Source of the DNA: a bacterium
GTDB taxonomy: Bacteria > Methylomirabilota > Methylomirabilia > CAVQYV01
Length of the DNA stretch: 56,319 nucleotides
NCBI GenBank assembly: GCA_043800755.1
Contig: JAZDMQ010000076.1
Coordinates: 1 to 56,319 of the forward strand
Reading direction: 5' to 3'
Part shown: positions 20,735 to 28,848 of the stretch, in pieces
How positions within the stretch are numbered: the stretch's first letter is position 1
How the letters are laid out: the number at the start of each line of letters is the position of its first letter
The notes under the pieces: generated by a model
Told to the model about the DNA's origin: nothing
Databases searched by the model: none
Seen by the model: only the letters and a program-made list of their open reading frames with translations
Translations under genes and position numbers: made by a program

Positions 20735-20767
20735 GTCATTTCTTGCCAATTTCAAAAAAAATCCCCT

Positions 20768-21625
20768 TCAAACCGTCACCACCAAGTTGTCAATCAGCCT
20801 TGCCTCTCCAAACCTTACAGCCAGGGCGAGCAGGACCTTGCCTTCCACCTTCTCTATCCCCTCCAACGATTCCGCGCCCACCAGGGCTACATAGTCGATC
20901 CGGGCCGTGGGCATGGAGGCGATCATCCTGCTCATCCCCTCTCGAATGCGCTGGGCTTCTCGATCCCCCTTCCGGATCGCCTCCTCCGCCCAGCGAAGGG
21001 CACGAAAGAGAACGGCCGCCTCCTGCCGTTCCTGCCCACTGAGATAGGCATTGCGGGAACTCATCGCCAGCCCATCTGCCTCGCGAACTATGGGGAGGAT
21101 GACCAATTCGATGTCCCAATTCAGGTCGGCCACCATACGGCCAATGATCATCGCCTGCTGCGCATCCTTCTGGCCGAAATAGGCCCGATTGGGCATGGTC
21201 AGGTGGAAGAGCTTGGCCACCACGGTAGTCACCCCTCGGAAGTGCCCGGGTCGAGAGGCTCCGCAGAGCTTGTCGCTCAGCCCCTCCACCAAGACATAGG
21301 TGCTGAACCCTTTGGGATAAATGGCCTCCGGGGAAGGGACAAAGAGGTAATCCACCCCCAAGGAGGAGGCCTTGGCTTTATCTCCCTCCAGATCCCTGGG
21401 GTACCCACGATAGTCCTCTGAGGGCCCAAATTGGATGGGATTGACGAAGAGGCTGACAATCACCACCTCATCCCTCTTCCGGGATTCTCGGATCAGGGAG
21501 AGATGCCCCTCATGATAGGCCCCCATCGTGGGGACCAGTCCGATCGCTTTCCCCGCCTGCCGGAGACCAAGGCAGATCGCCCGCATCTCCTCAACCTTCT
21601 CCATGGTCTGCATGGATCTTCCCAC
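20768..21625 (-). CDS. panC: Pantoate--beta-alanine ligase
   Basis: VPTMGAYHEGH, FVNPIQF, RPGHFRGV, FGQKDAQQ, GLAMSSRN, RLIDN. GTG start after GGAGG (or ATG 21613). Confidence 0.98.
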   Translation of the reverse strand: MGRSMQTMEKVEEMRAICLGLRQAGKAIGLVPTMGAYHEGHLSLIRESRKRDEVVIVSLFVNPIQFGPSEDYRGYPRDLEGDKAKASSLGVDYLFVPSPEAIYPKGFSTYVLVEGLSDKLCGASRPGHFRGVTTVVAKLFHLTMPNRAYFGQKDAQQAMIIGRMVADLNWDIELVILPIVREADGLAMSSRNAYLSGQERQEAAVLFRALRWAEEAIRKGDREAQRIREGMSRMIASMPTARIDYVALVGAESLEGIEKVEGKVLLALAVRFGEARLIDNLVVTV

Positions 21626-21642
21626 ACCACACCTCCCCCCCC

Positions 21643-21676
21643 AAAAAAAACAGCCCCTCGGACGGATCCGGGGGCT
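21643..21676 (-). terminator. Intrinsic terminator immediately upstream of the panC RBS
   Basis: AGCCCC-CGGA-tccg-TCCG-a-GGGGCT stem followed by gT8. Confidence 0.7.
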
Positions 21677-21873
21677 AATGGCCAACGCCTCAATTCAAAA
21701 ATCCGCCCACCTCGAGGCAGGATTTCCCGTCCTCTGGCGGACCACAAAGCACAATTTGTCGCCTTCCCCCGAAAGACCCGTCTCGGTCCCAATTCCTGGG
21801 ATCCAAGCGGGCCCTGGTTTCGCTTTCCTCTGTTGCACCTCCCTGAAAAGCCCTCCCCCCCTCCCTCAGGGGA

Positions 21874-22389
21874 TCAAGGGATTTCCCAGAGTGGGCCCTC
21901 CATCCTCCTTACTTGATGAGGATCCTCGAGGTCCACCAATAAGGCCTTCACCGTCTTCCCCAGCCTGGGATGCACCTGCTGGCCGGCCAACTCCGATAGA
22001 GGGACCAGCACGAATCGCCGCTGGTGCAGTCGGGGATGAGGGACGATGAGCGATTCCGACTCCAGGAGGAGGTCTCCATAAAACAAGAGATCGAGATCGA
22101 TGGGACGATCCGCCGGCCTTGCCCCCCCTGATTTTCCCATGGCCCTTTCAATCCGTTTCAGGCCCCGCAAGAGTGAACTGGGGGCCAGATCCGTTTCTCC
22201 CTCGGCGACGGCATTGACGAACCAGCCTCCAAATCCCTCTCCCACCGGTTCGGTCTCATAAGCTGAAGAGGTGCGGATCAGGCGAAATCCCTCGATCGCC
22301 AAGAGGCGGCGCAGGGCCTCCTGGCAGTGTCCTAACCGGTCGCCCTGATTCGAACCGATCCCCAGATAGACCTTAGTGCTCCGTTTCAT
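21874..22389 (-). CDS. folK: HPPK (2-amino-4-hydroxy-6-hydroxymethyldihydropteridine diphosphokinase)
   Basis: YLGIGSNQGDR, YETEPVG, RPIDLDLL, VPHPRLHQRRFVLVPL. Confidence 0.96.
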   Translation of the reverse strand: MKRSTKVYLGIGSNQGDRLGHCQEALRRLLAIEGFRLIRTSSAYETEPVGEGFGGWFVNAVAEGETDLAPSSLLRGLKRIERAMGKSGGARPADRPIDLDLLFYGDLLLESESLIVPHPRLHQRRFVLVPLSELAGQQVHPRLGKTVKALLVDLEDPHQVRRMEGPLWEIP

Positions 22390-22499
22390 AAATGCTGTAA
22401 CATACTATTTCCCGGAAACGGAGCACTTCCACAGGGGCTTACGCCCCTATGGCGCTCCATCAATCCCGAATACGTAACCGAAATTATAAGAGGGCGCAC

Positions 22500-22862
22500 T
22501 TAGGCAAGGCGACCTCTCCTAATCTCCACCCCCACAAAGTCGAGGCGAGAATCAAGGGGAGGGCATCGTTTCCTAAGGCGGATCATTAGTCCCTGCGCTG
22601 GAAACACTTCCAGGATCGCCGCTGCCATAGCCTCGGCCAAGGATTCCAGGAGCAGGTGCTGACTCTCCTGCCCTATCTTCTGCACCAGCCGACATACCTG
22701 CCCGTAATCAATGGTATCAGCGAGGGCATCGCTTTGAGCCGCCCGGGAGAGATCATAGGAGATCTCCAGATCGACCTGATAGTGCCCCCCCAGGCCTCTT
22801 TCAGCCTCGGAGACGCCGTGGTAACCATAGAATTGCAAACCCTCGATCAGGATCTTGTCCAA
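22500..22862 (-). CDS. folB: Dihydroneopterin aldolase
   Basis: DKILIEGLQFYGYHGV..ER, DTIDYG, LLESLAE; TTG start after GAGG. Confidence 0.95.
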   Translation of the reverse strand: MDKILIEGLQFYGYHGVSEAERGLGGHYQVDLEISYDLSRAAQSDALADTIDYGQVCRLVQKIGQESQHLLLESLAEAMAAAILEVFPAQGLMIRLRKRCPPLDSRLDFVGVEIRRGRLA

Positions 22863-22878
22863 CCCCAGCCTCACACAA

Positions 22879-24072
22879 CTAAGCCCGACAAGCCTTCTCC
22901 CGGATGCCAATCCCCCGGATGCGCTCTACTGCCTCCTCGATGCGCGGTTCGGGAACCGTGAGGGCAACCCGGAAGAATCCCTCTCCGTGCTGGCCAAATC
23001 CGTTTCCCGGGGTCACAACGATCCCGGTCTGCTCTAAGAGGGTTGCCGTGAATTCGGCCGAGGTGAATCCCTTGGGGACCGGGATCCAGGCATAGAAGCT
23101 GGCCTGGGGTGGGTCTATTTCCCATCCCATCTCGCGCAGGCCCCTCACCAGGGCATCCCGACGACCCTGAAAGGTTAACCTGGCCTTCTCCAGGGAATCC
23201 TGAGGGCCATTCAAAGCGGCTATCCCTGCATATTGCACCGCTTGAAACACCCCGGAGTCCAGGTTGGTCTTGACCCTGCCCAACCCGGACAGGATCTGGG
23301 CGTTCCCCACGGCGAAACCGATCCTCCACCCGGTCATGTTGTAGGTCTTGGAGAGGGAGTGGAATTCCACTGCCACCTCTTTGGCACCCTCCACCTGCAA
23401 GATGCTGGGGGGGCGATAGCCATCGAAACAGATCTCCGAATAGGCAGCATCATGACACAGGATGAGGCCGTGTCTGCTTGCCAGCTCCACTGCCTGGCGG
23501 AAGAAATCCAGGGAGGCCACGGAGGCGGTGGGATTATTCGGGTAATTGATGAAGATCATCTTTGCCTTCCCGAGGACCTCCCGGGGAACCTGTTGGAAAT
23601 CCGGCAGGTAGCCATTGGCTCTCATGATGGGCATGAAGTGAGGGATGCCCCCTGCTAGAACTGTCCCTGCCTGATAGACGGGGTATCCCGGATCTGGAAC
23701 CAGTACGAAATCACCGGGATCAATGAAGGCCAAGGGGATGTGGCCAATCCCCTCTTTGGATCCAATCAGGCTCAGCACCTCAGCCTCGGCATTCAGCTTC
23801 ACCCCAAATCTCCTGTCATACCAATCGGCCACCGCCTGCCGAAAAGAGAGCATGCCCTCGTAGGACGGATACTGGTGATTCCGGGCATCGACAGCCGCCG
23901 CGGCCAATTTCTCTACGATGTGGGAGGGGGTGGGGAGGTCCGGATCTCCAATGCCCAAGTTGATGATGTCCATTCCCCGTTTGGCGGCTTCTTGCTTCAA
24001 GCGATCAAGCTCCGCAAAGAGATAGGGAGGCAGTGCCTGCAATCGCTTGGCCTGTCCAAATCGTTGATCCAT
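22879..24072 (-). CDS. dapL: LL-diaminopimelate aminotransferase (PLP fold type I)
   Basis: LPPYLFAELD, LGIGDPDLP, GSKEGIGH, NYPNNPT, SLSKTYNMTGWRIG. Context: dapA/dapB/dapF/lysA present, no dapD/dapC/dapE in the window. Confidence 0.8.
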   Translation of the reverse strand: MDQRFGQAKRLQALPPYLFAELDRLKQEAAKRGMDIINLGIGDPDLPTPSHIVEKLAAAAVDARNHQYPSYEGMLSFRQAVADWYDRRFGVKLNAEAEVLSLIGSKEGIGHIPLAFIDPGDFVLVPDPGYPVYQAGTVLAGGIPHFMPIMRANGYLPDFQQVPREVLGKAKMIFINYPNNPTASVASLDFFRQAVELASRHGLILCHDAAYSEICFDGYRPPSILQVEGAKEVAVEFHSLSKTYNMTGWRIGFAVGNAQILSGLGRVKTNLDSGVFQAVQYAGIAALNGPQDSLEKARLTFQGRRDALVRGLREMGWEIDPPQASFYAWIPVPKGFTSAEFTATLLEQTGIVVTPGNGFGQHGEGFFRVALTVPEPRIEEAVERIRGIGIREKACRA

Positions 24073-24086
24073 CTCTTGCCTTTCCT

Positions 24087-24848
24087 CTAAGGTTGCGCCA
24101 CCAGGTTCTTCAGGCGACCAATCTTCTCGATCTCTACCTCCACCACATCCCCGGCCTTCATAGGCCCGATGCCTGAAGGCGTGCCCGTGGAGATGATGTC
24201 CCCGGGGAGCAGGGTCAGGACGGAGGAGATGAAGCTCACCAGATGGAAGGGATCGAAAATCAGGTGGACCGTATTGGAGGATTGTCTCACCTCGCCGTTG
24301 AGATAGGTCTTGATCGCCAGCCCCAGCGGATCAATATCGGTGACAATGTGGGGGCCGAAGGCCGCAAAGGTATCGAAGATCTTGGCCCGCAGCGGGCCAT
24401 TATCCTTGGCCACCAAGTCGCGCGCCGTGACATCGTTAAAACAGGTATAGCCCAGGATATATTCCCCTGCCTCCTCTCGGGGGATGTTCTTGGCCTTCTT
24501 CTTGATGACCACCGCCAACTCCCCCTCGTAATCCACCCGGGCCGACATGGGCGGCAGGAGGATCTGTTCCCCCGGGCCGATGACCGCCGTAGGAGGCTTG
24601 AGGAAGATGTGGGGCTCCTCCGGCAGGGCCTGGCCAACCTCCGCCGCATGATCCCTGTAATTGAGGCCGACGCAGACGATCTTGGACGGGTCGCAGGGCG
24701 CCAGGATCTGCACCGCGTTCAGGGAAACCTCAGAGCCGGTCATCTCCGGGTCTTCAAAGGGATCGCCCTTCAGGATCCTCACCCGCTCCCCCTCCAAGAT
24801 CCCATACCGGATCTCTCCCCCGGTCCGAAATCTCAAGTACTTGGACAT
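24087..24848 (-). CDS. Fumarylacetoacetate hydrolase (FAH) family protein
   Basis: CVGLNYRDH, FLKP, DYEGEL, NDVTARD, AKIFDTF, GDIISTGTPSG. Confidence 0.92.
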   Translation of the reverse strand: MSKYLRFRTGGEIRYGILEGERVRILKGDPFEDPEMTGSEVSLNAVQILAPCDPSKIVCVGLNYRDHAAEVGQALPEEPHIFLKPPTAVIGPGEQILLPPMSARVDYEGELAVVIKKKAKNIPREEAGEYILGYTCFNDVTARDLVAKDNGPLRAKIFDTFAAFGPHIVTDIDPLGLAIKTYLNGEVRQSSNTVHLIFDPFHLVSFISSVLTLLPGDIISTGTPSGIGPMKAGDVVEVEIEKIGRLKNLVAQP

Positions 24849-24881
24849 GTTCTCCCCTTTCCGCTTCTTGGGCTCCGCAAT

Positions 24882-26108
24882 CTATCGCCCCTCCTTGACT
24901 TGCCTCACGATCTGCCGGAATTCCTCCTCGGTCAGGAGGCCCTTTTTCTCCAGCGATTTCATCTTCACCTGGGAAAGGATCTTGGTAATCTCCTCCTCGG
25001 AGGCCCGTTCCCCAATCCGCTCCAGCCAGGTGGCGATGGAATCGAGGCCACTATTCTTACCCAACACGATCTCGGCCGGCCCCTGGCCCACGAGTCCCCA
25101 ATGGAAGGGAAAGAGTTCAGTGGGACGATCCTTCCCGCAGTTGCGATACCAGGAGGCGATGATGCCCGATTCGATGTTGAAAACCCAATCTCCCACGATG
25201 GGCCGATTCGAAGGGATCTGGAGGCCTGAAAGTTCCCGAATGAGCCTGGAAAGGGGATAGAATTCCTCGCAGCGAATGCCGAGATCCTGTCCGTACATGG
25301 TCAGGAGGCTGAGCACCAGATCCTCGAAGGAGCAATTTCCTGCCCTCTCCCCGATGCCAGTCACGGTCGTATGGGCCACCTCCGCCCCCGCGGCCAGGCC
25401 CATGACGGTGTTGGCGACCCCCATGCCAAAATCATCGTGGAAATGGGTCTCCAGGGGTTTCTTGATCCGCTCTTTGATCTTGCTGATCCAGAAGCCGATG
25501 GCATGGGGAGAGCAAACCCCAAAGGTGTCCACCACCGCTAAAGCATCCATGTGCCCTTCGGTGGCTACCTTCTCGATGAGGTCAAGGTACCAGCCCATCT
25601 CGGAGCGGGAGGAGTCGATGGGGAAGAAGACCGTGTACAGGCCCTGTTCTTTTGCGAATCGGGTCGCCTCAATGGAGAGATCGATTGCCTTCTGCAAGGG
25701 CCACTTGTATGCATACTGAATGATGTGGGGGGAAGAAGGGACCTCCACCACGATCCCCTTGACCCCACAGTCTACGGCCCTTTTGACATCGGGGACCATG
25801 CAGCGGGAAAAGGCAAAGATCTCCGGGCCCAGGTTCAACTTCACGATCTCCTTGATGGCCGCCTCGTCCTCGGGGGAGACTGCGGGCATTCCCGCCTCGA
25901 TGCGGTGGACGCCAGCCTCCGCCAGCTTGATGGCGATCCGCACCTTCTCCTCTTTGCGGAACTCAATCCCGGCCTGCTGTTCTCCGTCCCTCAAGGTCAC
26001 ATCGTGGATCTTGATCTTCTGGGGAAATCGAAAACCGGAGGTGACCTCCGGCAAGTAATTCCAGGCACTGACGAACCACTTTTCCGCCTTCCCAGGTTCC
26101 ACTATCAT
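24882..26108 (-). CDS. DRE-TIM metallolyase, LeuA/homocitrate/citramalate-synthase-like; substrate unknown
   Basis: DVTLRDGEQ, HFHDD (HxH), GIGERAGN; 408 aa, no LeuA regulatory domain; SD GAGGAGG before ATG 26108. Confidence 0.85.
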   Translation of the reverse strand: MIVEPGKAEKWFVSAWNYLPEVTSGFRFPQKIKIHDVTLRDGEQQAGIEFRKEEKVRIAIKLAEAGVHRIEAGMPAVSPEDEAAIKEIVKLNLGPEIFAFSRCMVPDVKRAVDCGVKGIVVEVPSSPHIIQYAYKWPLQKAIDLSIEATRFAKEQGLYTVFFPIDSSRSEMGWYLDLIEKVATEGHMDALAVVDTFGVCSPHAIGFWISKIKERIKKPLETHFHDDFGMGVANTVMGLAAGAEVAHTTVTGIGERAGNCSFEDLVLSLLTMYGQDLGIRCEEFYPLSRLIRELSGLQIPSNRPIVGDWVFNIESGIIASWYRNCGKDRPTELFPFHWGLVGQGPAEIVLGKNSGLDSIATWLERIGERASEEEITKILSQVKMKSLEKKGLLTEEEFRQIVRQVKEGR

Positions 26109-26213
26109 CCCTCCTCGATGGTAAAGTTCATCGCCCGAGCCCTCCCCCCAGGGAGGCTCCGGCCAAGCGAGCCAATGCAATGAGCCGGGCGGGAAAGGCC
26201 CCCGCCGCTTCCT

Positions 26214-27017
26214 CTATTTTAGTCCCAGCACATCCAACATATCATAGAGTCCATTGTTGGCGTGCACCACAAACCTCGCCGCCCGCAGGGCACCCCGCGC
26301 AAAATTGTCCCGGCTTCCCGCCCGATGGGTCAGTTCCACCCGCTCTCCCATGCCCCCAAAAATCACCGTGTGCTCCCCCACCACATCGCCCGCCCTGAGG
26401 GTGTGGATGGCGATCTCCTCGCGGGGCCTCTCTCCAATGATTCCTTGGCGGCCAAAGATCCCCACCTTCTCCAGGTCTCTCCCCGTGGCCGCCGCTATGA
26501 TCTGGGCCATGCGCAACGCGGTGCCGGAAGGGGCATCCTTCTTGAACCGATGATGGATCTCCGAGATCTCCACATCATATCCATGGGCGAAGATGGGGGC
26601 GATCTCCTCCAGCACCTTAAAGAGGACATTGACCCCCACGCTCATGTTGGGGCAAAGGACACAGGGACAATGCGCGGCAAGTCCCCGGACCTGCTCCACC
26701 TCATTCTTGGAGAAACCTGTCGTCCCAACCACAATCGCCTTCCCCGCAGCCGAGGTGATCTCTACATGGCGGAGAGAGGCTGAAGGTACAGTAAAATCGA
26801 CGGCCACATCGCATCCCTCGATCACCTGTGCAAGATCCTGGAGGATGGGAATGCCCGAGGGGCCCACCCCCGCCACCTCCCCTGCGTCCCTGCCCACAGC
26901 CGGATGGCCCTCTTTCTCCGTTGCCCCCACCAATTGCAGGCCCTCATCCTCCTTCAGCAGGGCGATAATCCGCGAGCCCATCCTCCCCGCAGCCCCGGTC
27001 ACTGCCACCTTGATCAT
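26214..27017 (-). CDS. dapB: 4-hydroxy-tetrahydrodipicolinate reductase
   Basis: GAAGRMG, GTTG, EIHHRFKKDAPSGTA, GEHTV; SD AGGAGG. Confidence 0.98.
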   Translation of the reverse strand: MIKVAVTGAAGRMGSRIIALLKEDEGLQLVGATEKEGHPAVGRDAGEVAGVGPSGIPILQDLAQVIEGCDVAVDFTVPSASLRHVEITSAAGKAIVVGTTGFSKNEVEQVRGLAAHCPCVLCPNMSVGVNVLFKVLEEIAPIFAHGYDVEISEIHHRFKKDAPSGTALRMAQIIAAATGRDLEKVGIFGRQGIIGERPREEIAIHTLRAGDVVGEHTVIFGGMGERVELTHRAGSRDNFARGALRAARFVVHANNGLYDMLDVLGLK

Positions 27018-27082
27018 CCCGTCCCTCCTTCTCGCTCGGTGCAGGTTCGGCATTTCCTGCGCCATCTTTCCTGCCGGCTGCT

Positions 27083-27955
27083 TCAGATCAGCCGATATCT
27101 TGCGAGAACCTCCTTCAACTTCTTGAGGTTTCCCTCCGCCATCCCCACCAGCGGGAGCCGCAGCTCTCCATCGATCTTTCCCATGAGGGCCAGGGCGGTC
27201 TTCACCGGGACGGGATTGGTCTCCAGGAACATCGCCTGGCAAAGGGGGAAGGCATCCCTCTGGACCTGGGAGGCCCGCATAAAATCCCCCGCCTCAAAGG
27301 CATCCACCAGATCGGCCATCAGGCGCGGGGCCACATTGGCCACCACCGAGATGACCCCCTTGCCTCCCACCGACAGGATCGGCATGACGATGAAATCATC
27401 CCCGGACAGGACGGCGATCTTATCCTGGCAGAGGGTGATCAACTCGGTGATTTGTTGGAGCGAGCCGCTGGCCTCCTTGACCCCCACCAGGTGCGGGATC
27501 GTACACAGCTCCGCGATGGATTCCGGCAGCATATTGACCCCGGTGCGAGTCGGAACATTGTAGATGATCATGGGAATCTCCACCGCCTCGGCAACCGCCC
27601 GGAAATGAGCAACCAGTCCTTTCTGGGTGGGACGGTTATAGTAGGGGGTAATCAGGAGGGCGCCGTCCGCGCCCGCGGCCTTGGCATGCCTGGTGAGGCT
27701 AATGGACTCTGCCGTACTGTTGGACCCGGTTCCCGCAATCACCGGGATCCTCCCGTCCACGACCTTGATGGTGAAGTCGATGACCCGATGGTGTTCCTCG
27801 TGGGTCAGGGTGGCCGATTCTCCGGTGGTGCCGCAGGGAACGATGCCATCTGTGCCATTGGCAATCTGAAACTCAATCAGCTCCTTCAGCCTTTTCTCGT
27901 CGACCTCCCCATTTTGGAACGGGGTTACGATGGCAACAATCGATCCTTTAAACAT
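27083..27955 (-). CDS. dapA: 4-hydroxy-tetrahydrodipicolinate synthase
   Basis: GTTGES, TPYYN, YNVPTRT, GVKEAS, ETNPVPVK. Confidence 0.98.
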   Translation of the reverse strand: MFKGSIVAIVTPFQNGEVDEKRLKELIEFQIANGTDGIVPCGTTGESATLTHEEHHRVIDFTIKVVDGRIPVIAGTGSNSTAESISLTRHAKAAGADGALLITPYYNRPTQKGLVAHFRAVAEAVEIPMIIYNVPTRTGVNMLPESIAELCTIPHLVGVKEASGSLQQITELITLCQDKIAVLSGDDFIVMPILSVGGKGVISVVANVAPRLMADLVDAFEAGDFMRASQVQRDAFPLCQAMFLETNPVPVKTALALMGKIDGELRLPLVGMAEGNLKKLKEVLARYRLI

Positions 27956-28018
27956 CTCTTCCCTCCTCCCCGCAAGCAGCGCGCTTCGTTTAAGCACCTG
28001 GGATCCATGGCTTGGGAC

Positions 28019-28840
28019 TCACCGCAGAGCCTCCTCCCAGAGCTCTCCCTCGTAGGCCACCGCCGTGCTTCCTTCCATATAGACCTCGTCAAATTCCAGT
28101 CCCCTCCGCACAAAATAGACGCCCAGGACCTCTCCCCCCCGGGTGTGCAAGAAGACGGGGGAGTCGGCCAACCCCAAGGCTGCAGAGATCAGGGCGGAGG
28201 CGACTGACCCGGTGCCGCAGGCCAAGGTCTCATCCTCCACTCCCCGCTCGTAGGTCCGAAGGGCAAGGTGATGGGAATCCTTCACGGTAATAAAATTGAC
28301 ATTGGTCCCCGCCGGGCGAAAGGACTCGTGGAAACGGATCTTTCGGCCGAGGTCTTTGACCGCAACGGCCTCCAGGTCCTCGCAAAACAATACTGCATGA
28401 GGGACCCCGGAATTGATGTGATGCAGGAGATGCTCCGCCCCATCCACCTCGATCTTGCAGTGCAGCCTCAGATCCTTCGGCTCGCCCATCCTGATCTTCA
28501 CCCGCTCTCCCGAGACCTCAGCCTGCACGATCCCCGCCAAGGTCTCAAAGGTCATCGTCCCTCCCACGATCCCTTGCAGAGAGGCAAAGCGGGCGATGCA
28601 CCTGGCCCCGTTCCCACACATCTCCGCTTCACTCCCGTCGGCATTGAAGATGCGCATTCGGAAATCGGCCCTCTGCGATCCCTCCAGGAACAGCACTCCA
28701 TCCGCCCCCACCGAGACCTTGCGCCGACAGGCCTGCCGGGCGAAGCCTGACGGATCGGCAATCAAGGCCTGATCCCGGCGATCGATCACCAGGAAGTCGT
28801 TGCCGCTGCCATTCATCTTCCAGAAGCGAATCTTCTCCAT
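28019..28840 (-). CDS. dapF: Diaminopimelate epimerase
   Basis: KMNGSGNDF, EMCGNG, GVPH, ERGVEDETLACGTG. Confidence 0.98.
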   Translation of the reverse strand: MEKIRFWKMNGSGNDFLVIDRRDQALIADPSGFARQACRRKVSVGADGVLFLEGSQRADFRMRIFNADGSEAEMCGNGARCIARFASLQGIVGGTMTFETLAGIVQAEVSGERVKIRMGEPKDLRLHCKIEVDGAEHLLHHINSGVPHAVLFCEDLEAVAVKDLGRKIRFHESFRPAGTNVNFITVKDSHHLALRTYERGVEDETLACGTGSVASALISAALGLADSPVFLHTRGGEVLGVYFVRRGLEFDEVYMEGSTAVAYEGELWEEALR

Positions 28841-28848
28841 AAGGACGC

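Noticed and set aside
21823-21830. GAGGAAAG resembling the RNase P RNA P4 motif
   Set aside because: Not followed by TCC, and the gap is too short for RNase P RNA.
22420-22465. GATGGAG..CGCC..CTCC resemblance to a fluoride riboswitch
   Set aside because: P1 pairing and the conserved 3' segment are absent, and the downstream gene does not fit.
24882-26108. Calling the DRE-TIM gene homocitrate synthase and inferring an AAA lysine pathway
   Set aside because: No other AAA or LysW genes in the window, a full DAP route is present, and the conserved His appears absent.
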